Shown: one piece after another, positions 41,396-56,593 of the stretch
Position numbering within the stretch: position 1 is the stretch's first letter
How the letters are laid out: each line of letters opens with the position of its first letter
Source: Octopus vulgaris
Taxonomy: Eukaryota
DNA length: 64,000 bases
Assembly (NCBI GenBank): GCA_951406725.2
Contig: OX597825.1
Span: forward strand, 80,972,001-81,036,000
Reading direction: 5' to 3'
Made by a program: the position numbers and the translations under genes
The notes under the pieces: model-generated
Told to the model about the DNA's origin: nothing
The model's database searches: none
Seen by the model: only the letters and a program-made list of their open reading frames with translations

Positions 41396-41766
41396 ATATA
41401 TATACACACGTATATAAGGCATTTCAGAAGTTGCTATTTAACCTCTTCCAAAGAAGGGCGCTCACCGTACATTGCAAGACTGACAAATGATTGAGGATGA
41501 TGTACGTTCATATATACATATATGTATATATATATATGCATGTATGTACGATTGTACACATGGACATCATGACAAACAAAGAGATGCATGGTTCGCATCT
41601 TGGCTGTACTCACTGTTCTAATTCAATGTCAAGTTTTTTCGTTAATGTATGTGTGTGTATAAATACATACATACATGCATACATATAAACACACACACAT
41701 ACACGCACATATATGTGTGTGTGTGTGTGTAACATATATATGTATATATATGTATATATGATTGTG

Positions 41767-41808
<42 letters not shown>

Positions 41809-42160
41809 AGTGTGTATGCATGCTTGTATACGATGGATACCTTGCTGTGTGGCTGTTGTTTCCATGTGAATATATACAGCTCAAATACTTTCCTTCTTTT
41901 AACCATCCGCCATATTTAGCAGCGTCGTGGGTTAAAATGAAAGTGAGGCTACAGATGTTTACCAGAGATAAAATACGCTTAAATTTCAAATTTACATATC
42001 TAAAGCTGCTCAAAGCGCATTATTTTCTGTCTTCTAATATTTGGTCAATTTAAAAATTCTCTTTTCTGGCCCAACACTTTAACTTGATATGATTATTCAA
42101 ATCTTTTATTTTGAATATTTGCAGTTTTTTTAACAAGCAAGCTCAAATATGCATTTCATC

Positions 42161-42223
<63 letters not shown>

Positions 42224-42349
42224 CGGCAGCAGCAACAGCAGCAGTAACAACAACAATAACAGCAATAATAATAACATTATAAATGTTTTGGCATTATATA
42301 TTGAATGTTTTAATGTTCTGTTTCTATGCACCTTTGGATACATACATAC

Positions 42350-42407
<58 letters not shown>

Positions 42408-42411
42408 ACAA

Positions 42412-42499
<88 letters not shown>

Positions 42500-42539
42500 G
42501 TGGGTGGGTGTGTATTATATTTACATATATATATATGTG

Positions 42540-42592
<53 letters not shown>

Positions 42593-42897
42593 CATATAAT
42601 TCTGAACAAACGCAAATAAAAATCACACACATAGACAGAGTCAATCTCACCACATACACATATACACAACACACTTATTTTGTATGATGGTTTATAATGA
42701 TGCTTGACCTGATAACGAATTCACTCATGCATGAGCAGATCTCGTCCAAATTACGCCGAAGTGTGTCTTCCCCAATGCCATACGGATTACCTGCTTTGGT
42801 TATTTGGTGTTGTTGATTATAGATTCTTGGGAAATACCGTATACATACATGCGTACGCACATACGCAGATACGTACATTCATACATACGTATGTACA

Positions 42898-42944
<47 letters not shown>

Positions 42945-43126
42945 CTACACACACACACACATGCATACACATACATACACATACACATGCATTCACACAC
43001 ACGCACACACACACACACACATATGTATGTAAAGAGTGTTTTTATCAAAATATTATCTTTATTCTTCTGTATCTCTGTTTTAAAAGTCCCTTGCACAAAT
43101 TTGAAATCTTCTTATTGGATATATAT

Positions 43127-43186
<60 letters not shown>

Positions 43187-43550
43187 GTTTATGTATATAT
43201 ATATATATATATCTGTTTATGTGTATATATATACATACATACAAGCATATATATATATACATACATATATATATATCTATATCTATATATATATATGTAT
43301 ATATGCATACATATATTATATATATGTATATATATGTATGTACACTCATGTATATGTTAATATACATATTTTTTTATATACTTATATAAATATGTGTGTG
43401 TGTGTGTGTGTGTGTGTCTATGTGTATATATGTGGTTATGTATGTAGGTGAATGCGAATCTGCTTTGCACACAAATTAGAAGGATCTAGATCTTCTATCT
43501 ATTTCTCTCTTGTTTAATGAGTAATTCATTTTAAAATACTTAAATAATAT

Positions 43551-43591
<41 letters not shown>

Positions 43592-43739
43592 CACACACAC
43601 ATATACACACACATATACAGACAGATTTCTATGAGAGTGAAATATTTCTTTTAAACACAAATAGAACACACTCCGTCTGCAGAAGAAAAAATAATCTCCT
43701 AAGATTTCAGCGGATTATAATTTAGACACAAAACGCTTT

Positions 43740-44200
43740 ACGTGCATTATAAAGATAAATATTATATGCATTAAAAACATATCAGCATTATTTGAATTAT
43801 AATCATTATTATCAATACTTACATTGTATGCATTACAAGCTCTATAAGCATTATTAATATATACATTATCTGCATTGCGTGGATCATGTGTAAGCATTGA
43901 AAAGAATACACACATCATATACGGTATATATATGTTATAAGCCTTACAAACATTATAAGCGTTGTGTACATTATCTGTATTATATACATTATGAGTCTTT
44001 GAAGCATTATATGCATCACATGCTTTATAAATATACGCATTAGAAACATAATATTATAAGCATTTTATGGTTCATTAGTACTATATGCATAATAAGCGTT
44101 TAAGTACTATAAGCATTGTAAAATGTTATAATAGTTTTATGCATTATAAGCATTATTAGTCGTATGTGTCTTTTAAGCATTTAATGCACTATAAGCTCTA
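43740..44200. repeat. Degenerate 9-bp minisatellite (aagcattat)
   Basis: Recurrent taagcatta/tgcattat variants. Confidence 0.65.
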
Positions 44201-45063
44201 ATCTGAGACAGAGATAGTCATTTTGAGTCACTGATATGGCCGACAATAAGATTATAGTGACCATGAAAACAATTGCAAATTACAAAATGGCTCAGGACTT
44301 GAAAACTCACTGAACTAACGAGGGGAGCCAGCAAGAAATTATTAGAAATAACAGTCAAATCTCACTCAAATCTCGCCTTGATATCATGAAGAAGGAGAAT
44401 TTGTATAGCTTAGGTCTAGATTGCACGCACAAAGGAAATATTGTAGGGTGGTCATGGCTGGAATAATTTTGATGATAAGGCTGCTTAATCAAAGTTGATT
44501 CGCGATTGAGCAACAATAACAACAATAGCAGCAGCAGCAACAACAAATACAATAATAAATTTATTCGACGTAATAGGATGTAATAATGATGAAGAATTTT
44601 ATATCGGATAATATTATTATTAGATATATGATTCCGGGGAAACAAAGACAGGATAGTCAACTGTGGAAGGCTTTGGATAAAACAGAGGTCTGACCAATGG
44701 CGTGTCACCTTGCAGTCCAAGCAAAAAAAACAACTTTTTTTCAACATTAACATTGATAAAAAGTCAATGTTAAGTTATCAACGAAAAATATGTAATTACG
44801 TCAATGTTTTCCCCAGGATATCACTGGTAGTTGTTTTATCAACTGGATACTAAAGCGTGTTAAGTGATTAAAGTTACTTAACAATATGGCTGTCTTTAGG
44901 TTGTTTTTCGCACACAATGATTTTAAAATAGTTAACAGAATAGATTTAACCTTTTCCTTTACAGATACAGACACTCACACAGACGCCCACATACCCGTAC
45001 ATGTATTGATAAGCTGACACGAGGGTCTATTTGTCTATGTATGTATGTATGTATGTATGTATG

Positions 45064-45094
<31 letters not shown>

Positions 45095-45481
45095 ATATCT
45101 ATCTATCTATCCATCTATGCATATACACACACACGCACACACACGCACGCACACACATATATTATATATGATACACACATACATATATGCACACTTCCTC
45201 ACACACAAACACAGACATCTTTAAGTAAAAGCATAAGTATATATATATATATATATATATATATGCGTGTGTGTGAGTATGTGTGTGTGTACATTTGCTT
45301 AAATATATACGTATATAAGTATGCATATTTGTATTTGCATATATATATATGGGTATATACATATATTTATATAGATATACGTACATACATACGTACATGT
45401 ATATATATATATACATTGTACATACATATATATATATATCCATGTATATATATACATACATACATATATATATATACATGC

Positions 45482-45540
<59 letters not shown>

Positions 45541-45569
45541 CATGTATGTATCATATATCCCAAATGTAA

Positions 45570-45616
<47 letters not shown>

Positions 45617-46432
45617 TGAATTCAGGATGTTTGAACGATAGAATGATTGTTACCAAAAGGTATCCACTTCGTGAATTTGTATCAAACCTCAGCCAGAAAT
45701 ATATTTAAAATTCCATTACGCGGTTATAAATATCTCAAATACTTTGTATTAATAATTTGTGGTTATTTTTTGTATATATTTCGGAGAGCGAAGGCTTTCT
45801 TACGTAAACACATACATACATACATACATACATACATACATACATACATACGTACGTACGTACATACACACGCACAGACACATGGGCGCGCGCACACACA
45901 CTTCATTTTTGTATCTGGTTTCAAGATTCTTTATGTGAATTCGAGTGTTGAAATAAATTTTGCTGTGTATAGGGAGAGACGGTTAAAACATGCTTATATA
46001 TCCCGAGACAATTAGTGAGAACTAGATATGATCAGTATAGAAAATACAGATCAGTTCTCAAATGAATTTAAACGTAAATTCTGAATTCTTCATCCAGACC
46101 AAGACCCACGGGGCAAAAAGTGGCTATAAAAGAAATCTAAAGCAAGCTGATACATTGGAAGTAATACAGATAAACACAATTAGGTTTGACACATACATAT
46201 GTGAAGGAAGCTTGGATCTAGTTTCGAAACCGGCTCTTTCTCTATTGGCAAGAAATCTTGAAATAAAGCTGAATAATGACATACATACACCAATACATAC
46301 ATACATATATACATACATAGACACACACATACCAATACATATAAATACATACATACACGCACACATATATCTACATATTACGTTGGATTTCTTTCATAGC
46401 CTGTTTGTCTGTCTGTCCCCCCTCCCTCTGTA

Positions 46433-46477
<45 letters not shown>

Positions 46478-46588
46478 GTAATATGAGTTTATACACCAGT
46501 TAAGAAGAATAAAAATGGATACATCGCCACACATACACGAATACACGTATGCGCATACACTCTCTCTTAAAATTGAATGAAATTGCAT

Positions 46589-46628
<40 letters not shown>

Positions 46629-46821
46629 ACACACACACGCAATGGATGTGAGCTGAGTTGAAGAAAAAGGTTGGAAACCTCTTTTCAACTACCGTGTAAT
46701 ATCATGTAATATATTGTAATTTAAAATGGCTGTCAAAAGAAGCCATTAATCATGGCGGACATGGACGGACCGCTAACCTGTACAGTACAAAGCTGTTGAT
46801 GAGAATGATGATGATGATGAT

Positions 46822-46933
<112 letters not shown>

Positions 46934-46979
46934 ATCATTATGTTTATATACATATATAACTATGTATACACACACACAT

Positions 46980-47013
<34 letters not shown>

Positions 47014-47278
47014 CTTTATACATGTTATTTAAATAATTGTGTAACATTTGCTCAAAATAAATAAGAAAGCGAAGTTGGAATTTTCCTCACTGAGAAAATA
47101 TAACGTTAAATACATTTTATGTACATAGAGCGAAAACTTGATTTTCTCAATATTTACTTTTCCAAATGTAAATTCAATTTTTACGAATTCCAATCGAAAC
47201 CAAATATGTGATATGTTCAAATATAACTTTTTTCTTAAAATTTCTTGTAAATTCTCAATTTATGTATTTTCCATTTAC

Positions 47279-47335
<57 letters not shown>

Positions 47336-47779
47336 CTTTTTTTTGCATCATTTTCTGAAAGTCAATATTGGTCTATTTTGAATACTTGCAAAGACTATAT
47401 AAATATTAGAAGCTTATATGTGACGTAAATATGTTCATACATTTCCCAAGAGCATGTCTGTTATGAGAGAGAAATGAAGTATATGTCCAACCGGAAGTGG
47501 GAACCATTTTGTGTTTTGCTGACTCAACTCACTTGTAGCTTCCATTTTGCTTTTCTTCTTTCCGACCCCAGTTTTAATGACCGATCAATTATTCCAAGCA
47601 TTATTGGTGCAATTTTTTGGAATGGTATTTTCTTGAAATATCTGCTGGTTTATGATTATTGCATTAAGTATTTTTGCTTCACAAGTAAAACTTTCGGTGA
47701 AACTTACTGTAGAATTTTGAGCTCAACTTCAGTTCCCTTCACCTACATTGCTACTAAAAATATGTTGCATTTCTATTGT

Positions 47780-47950
47780 TAATACAATCCCGTGTTATGA
47801 ACACACATTCGTCGTAAAGGAGAAGCCGTTCTCCTGTGACGAAGTAACAGTGATTAGCATAGTCACGTAAGAGTCTGCTGGGATGTATTAAGAATAAATA
47901 CGCGAGTCATCGTTTTGGATTCCGCTGTTCACCGTGCAAACGACGATTTA
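47780..47950 (-). pseudogene. Degenerate copy of the 3' part of the 12280-12555 module
   Basis: cgtgttatgaacacac..cgtcgtaaagga..gttctc..tgacgaa..agaataaatacgcga..tttggattc aligns with 12292-12420. Confidence 0.5.
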
Positions 47951-48054
47951 ATATGTTGCTAATATATTACGAAAAAATCTTATGATCCTCAAATTACGAA
48001 CTCAATGTCTTTTAGATGTGAATCCTTGTATTTATTTAGACTGTTTACACTTAC

Positions 48055-48437
48055 TTGTTCTGTAAGACGTGAATAATGGACATAGGATCATGGGGGCTAG
48101 ATATCCCCATTTTGAAAACGGTTGCTGATCTCAATTCCTTAATTTTCTTCTTTCTTACCAACCCCTGGGCTTTTTTCAATATAAGACTGACCGGTGCGGC
48201 AAAGCAAGACGTAACTTCCAAGTAAGCCAGTAACTTATAGATGTTTCTTGGTTTAAACAATTCCATTTCGTTTTCTTCCGTAACGCTCTTCAGAAAAGCG
48301 TGAATGTTACAGAGTTGTCTTCCTTGTTTGTTGATATGTAACGATGACTGAATTAATAGATAACATCGATTGAGCACGCATGGGTGTACTGTTTGTTTCT
48401 TTATACGAGGGGTTCTTGTGATCCCTAGCCGCTTTAG
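48055..48437 (-). CDS. Candidate exon of an unknown gene (..TVHPCVLNRCYLLIQSS..ISSPHDPMSIIHVLQN)
   Basis: ~127 open codons of complex sequence ending at a perfect AA|GTAAGT donor (phase 2); 5' boundary uncertain. Confidence 0.45.
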
Positions 48438-49189
48438 TTATCAGTGGGTAACCCAGAATTAACTATTTCGTTGCTGTTTAGAAACAATAGCAACAACAAT
48501 ATTGTGAATCGCGTGGGTGCTTCGTTAACTCTTAAGAACGAGTTTGGGGCTTCTGTGGGTTTTGACTGTATCAGAAGCGCTGACAATATGATTCTTCTTT
48601 GAATCTGAAAACTGACTCACAAACATGAAAGCAAGCAAGAATATTTCAGAGTCTCTGGGAATAACGCAAAACCACTCCTTTTGGTTCAGTTTGCAATATC
48701 AGTTATGGTTCTGGTTTTTGAAATAGTTTATAATTTTAACCGTTTATGGATTAAAACGAAAGACTTACAGACTTTCATTTCTCTTTCAACAATATACTCT
48801 CTTGGCGGTGTCTGATCAAAATAAATCAATATTGACAGATTATCGATGATTTCTTTGGCTATTACAAATACCATTGTTTCGATCTCCAATTTATTATAAA
48901 GCCATGTCTATGATTTTAACTCTTTGACGTCGTCGTTGTTGTTTTTTTTTTCCACTTATAATACTAAACTAACGTTTATATTTCTATCTATAAAAAGAAC
49001 GATTTCTATTTTCTATCTGTTTCATGTATGCATTAAAATCGAAAAAAAAAAAAAAAAAAAAAAACACAAGAACTGAAAAAATGTATAATCAGTCTACAAC
49101 ACGTAATTGTTTGTGTCTTTATTAATAATTAATATTTTTTTCTCATATCTTTTTACTTTCTAATTTTGTCTTCCTCATATTTGAAGTTA

Positions 49190-49380
49190 CCGCATTTACT
49201 CGTCTCTAAGTCGCACTCGTGTGAAGCAGCAACTCTAATTTAGTGCTAAATCTTCGTACACAATGTTTCTCTTTTATAATTTTAGCTTTGCCCCATGTAT
49301 AAATCGACCCCACCCTTAAAATTTTTTTTTTAGCTTAAATCAATTATAACATGGTGTGAGTTATACCCAAGTAAATACGG
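49190..49380. mobile_element. Tc2/pogo-like MITE
   Basis: ta-ccgcatttactcgtctctaagtcgcac / gtgagttatacccaagtaaatacgg imperfect TIRs. Confidence 0.55.
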
Positions 49381-49910
49381 TGATTTAAAATTCTGAATTG
49401 TGTGTAGTGCGGAAGATAAGTTCCTGGTGAGTCGATCCTTGTTCTATAATACTTGGAATTTGTGACAATTCTTTGTATTATAGACACAAGGTCTGAAATA
49501 TTGGAGAAGGGAGAAAGTCGATTACATCGACCCCAGTACTCAACTGGTACTTATATTATCGACACCGAAAGGTTGAAAAGCAAAATCCTTCTCTGCGGAA
49601 TTCGAACTCAGAGGGTAAAACCCGAAGAAATACTACAAAGCATTTTGTCCGGCTTGCTATCGACTCAGCCAGCTCGTCACCTTTCAGTTTGTAAAAATAA
49701 AGGGCAACAGATGTATTCCTATAGTTTAAGAAGTCAAAGCCTGCAGTAACAAGTACGACTGTGTACTGTTACGATTATTGCTGCGTTGGTATGAAAATCG
49801 CTCAGCAAGTATCACTTACCGTAGCCTCGATTCAATCCAAAGCTTGTGAATGAGACTGGGTTAATGGACTCTCAACAGAAGTAGGAAACGTCACTTAAGT
49901 TACGGCGGTT

Positions 49911-50110
49911 AAGGCGGCGAGCTGGCAGAAACGTTAGCACGTCGGGCGAAATGCTTGGCGGTATTTCGTCTGTCTTTACGTTCAGAGTTTAAATTCCGCC
50001 GAGGTCGACTTTGCCTTTCATCCTTTCGAAGTCGATAGATTAAGTACCAGTTACGCACTGGGGTCGATGTAATCGATTTAATCCGTTTGTCTGTCCTTGT
50101 TTGTCCCCTC
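49911..50110 (+). mobile_element. SINE family A
   Basis: Full head and core, truncated tail. Confidence 0.9.
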
Positions 50111-50381
50111 TAAGAAGTGGGGAATGTCAGACGAGAAACTTGTTCATGTAAATGGAAAATATAATTTCCTTAATCCGTTTAGTATCGCCGTAGGTGAATT
50201 CCAAACCCATCTTCATAGGTTTGGAATTCACTGTATTATAACTGTTTGGACCAGAAATCTCTTTGCGAAAACTGCTCCATTCATTCTTTCTTACTGCTTT
50301 GACCCACGGAACATGGTCTCATTATGCATTCCGTCCCTGCAAATCTCAGAATTCATGCGCAAGGTTATGGTCGATGTATTT

Positions 50382-50414
<33 letters not shown>

Positions 50415-50416
50415 GC

Positions 50417-50451
<35 letters not shown>

Positions 50452-50659
50452 CGACAACAATAACTAATTTTGAGATTGGTATTTGGATGTTGAATGTCTT
50501 CCACGATCATTAACAACCAAGTACCAAAGCTTATAATGTGCGGAAAGAGACTCGGTGAGACCTCTGACAACAGGCTGCTGCCCGCGCTCACAGAATCAAC
50601 CGGAGCAAAATAGACCGAGCGCTCTGAGAAGTAAAACAACAATATTAATACTAATGATG

Positions 50660-50710
<51 letters not shown>

Positions 50711-50726
50711 ATAGCAGCAGCAGCAG

Positions 50727-50798
<72 letters not shown>

Positions 50799-50816
50799 AT
50801 AATAATAATAATAATA

Positions 50817-51110
50817 AAAAGTACTGAAACCTATTTGAAAATGATATCAGGCTTACCATCCCTACAGGAAGTGCAAAAAATCGTGTTAACTGGAACGATT
50901 CGTGTAATGGGAAGAGCATTATCACTGTGAAAACAACATCCATTTATTTATTTATTTATTTATTTATTTATTAATCTTTTAAATGCATATTTTACCTGTG
51001 AATTTGAGTGTGTAATCTGGGAATGCATACAACGAGCTTCTCTGCCCTAGGTGTACGGAAAACACTCGGCTAGAAACGGAAGAAAATTACAAGAAAGAAG
51101 AAAAAAACAA
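50817..51110 (+). mobile_element. Dong/R4-type LINE extreme 3' end within (AAT)n
   Basis: KSTETYLKMISGLPSLQEVQKIVLTGT (QKxxLxGT end motif), then a short UTR and an (AAT)n tail. Confidence 0.7.
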
Positions 51111-51138
51111 CAATAATAATAATAATAATAATAACAAC

Positions 51139-51171
<33 letters not shown>

Positions 51172-51195
51172 TATAATAATAATAACAACAACAAC

Positions 51196-51251
<56 letters not shown>

Positions 51252-51261
51252 CAACAACAAC

Positions 51262-51330
<69 letters not shown>

Positions 51331-51479
51331 CATTTACAGCCTGAAATTTTGGGGTGGGGACAAGTCAATTGCATCAACCCCAAAAGGATGAAACTCCGAA
51401 AAGATGAAAGGCAAAGTCGACCTCGGCAGAACTTAATCAGAGAAAAAAAAAAAAAATAATAATAATAAACATAGAAAAC

Positions 51480-53890
51480 AACAACTTAATCATGATATAT
51501 AATGTTGCTCTTAGACAGATCTTAAGAAATAAAGGAAATGACCTAACAGCCTTAAGTAACCTCATTTATTCCACTGCTAAAGTTGTAACTGATCAATTAG
51601 AGATCCAGACGACAGAGAAAAGGACCAACCATGTCAATAGACCTCCGAAGTGGAAAGTAGCAATAAAAAAAAAGATCGCATCTCTGCGGGCGGATGTTTC
51701 AGTTCTTGCTTGAGGAGTAAATGTTAAGACAAAACGAGTTAGAAAAATCAAGAAAAAATATAAAATGAAAGATTTTTTATAAACTTTCCTGCAACCAAGG
51801 AAATAGTGAAACAACGAATACAATCGAAAGCCCAAAGGCTCAGAAGGTATGACAAAAGAATCAAATTTTATCGATGAAACAAGATATTCAAGATGGATGC
51901 AAAGAAATTTTATAGGGAAATTGGCAAAAGTAAGATAGAAGTGAAGGAGCCGCTAAGACTGAGGAAATGGAAGAGTTCTGGAAGAAGATATGGATTAACA
52001 AAACGAACAAAATGTTAAATCTGACTGGATAGAGCGTGAGAAAGTGAGACTGGATGAAGTTGAAGAACAGAAATGAAAGGCAACAGGAATAGAAGAGGTA
52101 AAATGTGTTCTTAGGAAGTTTTACAAATTGAAAAACCTAGGACTGGACCGGATTCCTAACTTCTGACTAAATTGTCTGACAGAAGTGCATCAAAATTTAG
52201 CTGCATCTCTGACTGATGTTACATAGAACCCAGAACAAATACCTGCTTGGCTGGCTGAAGGAATGATATACCTTCTACCAAAAACTGAAGACACAAAAAA
52301 AACCAAAGAGCTACTGACCGATAACATGTCCCAACACCACCTACAAGATCTTCACATCCATATTAACTGGACAGAGGTCTATCCTTCCACAAGCTCGAAA
52401 AGGCTGTAAAAAGAATTCTTATGGGTGCAAAGATCGATTACTCATGAGTAAAATGATTGTAGAGAACAGCCGGAGCAAAAAGAAAAGCTTGAGTATGACA
52501 TGGATAAGCGACAGGAAAGCGTTTGATAGTGTCCCACATAATTGGTTACTCAAGGCCCTTGAAATACATAAGATCTCTCCTGTCGTCTCCAAATTCTTAC
52601 AAGGTAGCATGGGCAAATAGAACACACGTCTCCTTCTAAACCCTTGTAATGGGATGAGCCAATCTAACAACATCAACATGAAGCGTGGCATCTTTCAATG
52701 TGGCTTCCTCTCCCCTTTACCCTTCTGCATGGCACTGATACCACTCTTAAAAGAACTAAATACCACCAGGTACAGATTGAAAGTTTATAATACGATAAGA
52801 AACCATCGGTTTTATATGGACGATCTGAAGCTGTTTGCTAGATATGATAAAGAGCTAGCAGGGTTGCTAACAACTGTTAAAGAATTCAGTAATGACATCA
52901 GGAAGAACTTTGGCCTTGATAGGTGTACTAAGGCAACTTTGTACGAGGCAAGCTCAGGCTAACAGCTTCCATTAAATTAGATACCGATGCTACCGTCAAG
53001 GAGCTTGACCTACAAGAAAATTACAAATACCTACTATTCTGCATGGAATTACCTGGTCAATTCCACCGTGACACCATCAAATTAAAAGATCAGGAAGAAT
53101 CATGGAGAAGGCTCAGCAAGGGTGACCTAAAAAAGAAGACTGAAAGCCTAATCGTCGCTGCCCAGGTCCAGACACTGAATACCAACTCAGTAGAAACGGA
53201 TATATACCACACATGTGCAACGAACCTCTGCAGAATGCGTGGGGAGGGGGCCGAAAGCGTGACTCACATTGTTAGTACTTGTGAAAGTCTGGCTCAGAAA
53301 GAGTACAAGCGCAGATACAAGTAGCGAAAAGCTTTCACTGGCTACTACACCGGAAGTATGGATACGAGGTAACGGGTGTTTGGTACCAACATATACCAGA
53401 AAAGGGGAAGGCAAAAATCCTCTGGGACTTTGACTTCTAGACAGACAATGTGTTAGAGCACCGAAGGCGGATATAGTAACCTTTAGGAGGGACAAACAAA
53501 AGTGGGTAATAATCGACGTAGCAGTACCAGGAGATTAACATGTTATCATAAATAAAAGAGAAAAGATTGATAAATATGGGAACCTGAGAATTGGGATCGC
53601 CACGATGTGGCAGCTACGTGAGTCAAATACAAAGGTTGTCCCTATTGTCACCGGAGCACCGGGTTCAATACCACCCAACCCAAAGAAACGTTTGGAAACT
53701 TTACAAATAACTTACAATCTTGATGTATTGTAAAAATCAGCATTACTTCGAACAGCACGCATACTGCATAAAGTCCGTCTGAGGTCCTTGTTGTGACTTG
53801 ACAAACAGTACAAACCCCAGGTAGACACAATAGCTTCAATCAACAAATGCACGATATTGGATACTGTGCAACATCTTAGATAATTATCAT
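51480..53890 (+). mobile_element. Dong/R4-clade non-LTR retrotransposon pseudogene (RT, zinc knuckle, restriction-like endonuclease)
   Basis: KAFDSVPHNW, RGIFQCGFLSPL, FYMDDLKLFA (~52813), FGLDRC, CRMRGEGAESVTHIVSTC, DIV..IIDVAVP..KIDKY..VVPIVTGA; many stops and frameshifts, internal deletion near 53035. Confidence 0.92.
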
Positions 53891-53894
53891 AATA

Positions 53895-54062
53895 ATGGTT
53901 TCAGATTTTGCCACAAGGGTGGCCATTTGGGGGGCGGGGATGAGTCGATTACATCGACCCCACTGTTCAACTGGAACTTAATTTATCGACCCCGAAGGAA
54001 TGAAAGGTAAAGTTAACTTCGGCGGAATTTGAACTCAGAACGTAAAGACCGATGAAATACTA
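53895..54062 (-). mobile_element. SINE family A, 5'-truncated
   Basis: Core sequence. Confidence 0.8.
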
Positions 54063-54154
54063 GTAAAAAATTGCATAAACATAGATCGACAGAGAATTTG
54101 CTACTCTGATATAAACACCAGGAGTGGCAGTTTTGCATGGGTGCAGTCCAGTAA
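54063..54154 (-). pseudogene. Exon-like module start truncated by a SINE (TGLHPCKTATPGVYIRVANSL)
   Basis: Acceptor ttttatccctttattgatttcag; collinear with TGLMILKRVQALVYR (12555 module) and VHPC..Y..NSL (2416 module). Confidence 0.4.
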
Positions 54155-54720
54155 CTGAAATCAATAAAGGGATAAAATGATAGACTCTATAGTTGGGGCT
54201 ACAAATACTTGCTCCGAAAAAAACAATGCATACAATGTAAAGCAGAAAAATTCTATATACACACAAACGATGATAAACAGGAGAAGTCAGAAAACATAAA
54301 ATATCAAATAGAAATACATAAATAAATCTAAAGAAATTCAGTGATTGGTAAGGAGAGAATATAGATAGTTCGTATAGTGTATTTGATAGCAGAGAAATAA
54401 TAGAGATTACAAATAAAGCAGACTTAGAGTGACTCTCAACCTCAATGTAACAAAAGGCTGTAACGTCTGCTAATAAAATATTTTGCAACAGCTTGTATAG
54501 TATGTAAAGAAAGAATGTTAGATAAGGAAATGAATAACGAAGCATTGTAATGCGTAGAAAGTTAGAAATAGATTAACCAACAAATGATGAACCACGATTA
54601 TTAACTGAAATACAGATAGCAACATCGATAAGCAAACTTGGAGAATTGTAAAAAGAAATATAAAAGATGCATAGAAATTGAAAGTAGGTGATCTTCGGGG
54701 AAATCCAACACACGATGGAT

Positions 54721-54786
<66 letters not shown>

Positions 54787-54928
54787 TAGACAAACGGTTT
54801 CCATGAAATATGAAATAGAATAGAATGACTTTTAACAATTTGATATGCCATAGAGGAGAATGTACCCCTACTGACACGCATGGACACAAATACACAAACA
54901 CACGTGCTGAAATGTAATGGAAAACAGC

Positions 54929-54981
<53 letters not shown>

Positions 54982-54982
<1 letters not shown>

Positions 54983-55495
54983 CTTAACTGATTGGAAGTG
55001 TTATCATGTACATTGTTTTGTCTTGGTATAAAAGATGGGCTACAGCAAATATTCTGCTCAATACCACAGATTTGCTTGTCAGTTGTTTGACCTTAACCAG
55101 TCGAGCATGTCCCTTAGTGGCTGACGATATGTGCATCTCTGATCACGAGCAGAGGTAGTGGGGGAGCATCATAGCCATGTGTTGAGAAGGATTCTTTGGG
55201 GTTTGAATAATTCACCTCTGTAAACATCGGTGTTTCGTTCAACGTCCTTAAACAACCCTTATTCAGGGACCTTTTGAGTGGGATGGGTTACTCGATCTGA
55301 AGAAAATTCTAACTGGGCTCCACCTGCAAGGTCATATGCTGTTTATCTTGATATGAGATCACCATGTCGCGCACATATGGTTGTGATGCATGTGCCTGGT
55401 GTACCCTTATCAGACGGGTAGTCATGATGGGTATACTGGGCTTCGTATATTTTACCCCAGTGTCACTTTGATGGCATGCTCTGCTCGCTCACTCA
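54982..55495 (+). mobile_element. Interspersed repeat bracketed by (AAT)n tracts, probably a retroposon 3' region
   Basis: Complex sequence ending ctcactc(aat)n with (AAT)n upstream. Confidence 0.5.
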
Positions 55496-55519
55496 ATAAT
55501 AATAATAATGAAAATAATC

Positions 55520-55730
55520 GGTTCTATTGGAAGCGCAAGGCCTCAAATTTTGTGGAAAGGATTAAGTCGATTACATCAACTCCAGTGTGTAACTAGTTCT
55601 TATTTAATCCACTCGGAAAGGATGAACGGCAAAGTCGACCTTCGTGGAAATTGAACTCAGAAGGTAGCGGCAGACGAAATACTGCTAAGCATCTCACCCG
55701 GCTTGCTAACGATTCAGCCACCTCAGCGTT
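55520..55730 (-). mobile_element. SINE family A, diverged
   Basis: Core and head homology. Confidence 0.8.
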
Positions 55731-55771
55731 TTAATAATAATAATAATAACAATAATAATAATAATAATAAC

Positions 55772-55815
<44 letters not shown>

Positions 55816-55855
55816 TAATAATATTAATAATAATAATAATAATATTAACAATAAC

Positions 55856-55908
<53 letters not shown>

Positions 55909-56123
55909 TGATGATGATGATGATGATGACTTTGATGATGGTGATGATGATGATGATGATAACACCAACATAACGGATCCATTTTCTTCTGTTTCCAGTT
56001 TGGTGTTGTTTGCTTCGAAAAAGATAAAAATATATAAATCAAAGCGAGTGCAACGGAGTATACAAAGTAAGGTTTCGATTATTTATGTTTCAAATTAGCT
56101 TCGTTTCCCGGTTGAGTGGTTAC

Positions 56124-56272
56124 CTGATGTCTGTTAAGTCTTTTGTCGCCTTTGGGTCATCGATCGATGACACAAGTACCGTTGTAGCCCAAAAGTTTAA
56201 TGATCCATTCGAAGAATTCTCTGTGAACAATTTGCAAGGAGATTGATTAAAGACAAGATATCTCGTTAAGAA
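56124..56272 (-). CDS. Candidate 149-bp exon (phase 0 to 2): [49 protein letters not shown]
   Basis: Acceptor cttttgttcatag, donor CAG|GTAACC, open frame; SSxxDP and phase-2 end shared with the 48055 exon. Confidence 0.4.
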
Positions 56273-56317
56273 CTATGAACAAAAGTTTCGAGAAGACAAA
56301 GTATAGTAAATCTATAA

Positions 56318-56479
<162 letters not shown>

Positions 56480-56480
56480 T

Positions 56481-56529
<49 letters not shown>

Positions 56530-56593
56530 CTAGCACAATGGATGTCGACATAGTGGTCATCCCTCTTATATGTATATTATCTATATACATCTT

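Noticed and set aside
49893-49910. Possible 5' U6 fragment (tacggcggt) before a SINE A
   Set aside because: Only a 9-nt match, equally explained by partial duplication of the SINE head taaggcggc
54060-54545. PGVYIRV resembling the trypsin C-terminal PGVYTRV motif in a 161-aa hydrophobic ORF
   Set aside because: No catalytic GDSGG or His/Asp motifs; upstream part is T-rich intron-like sequence; better explained as one of the local modules
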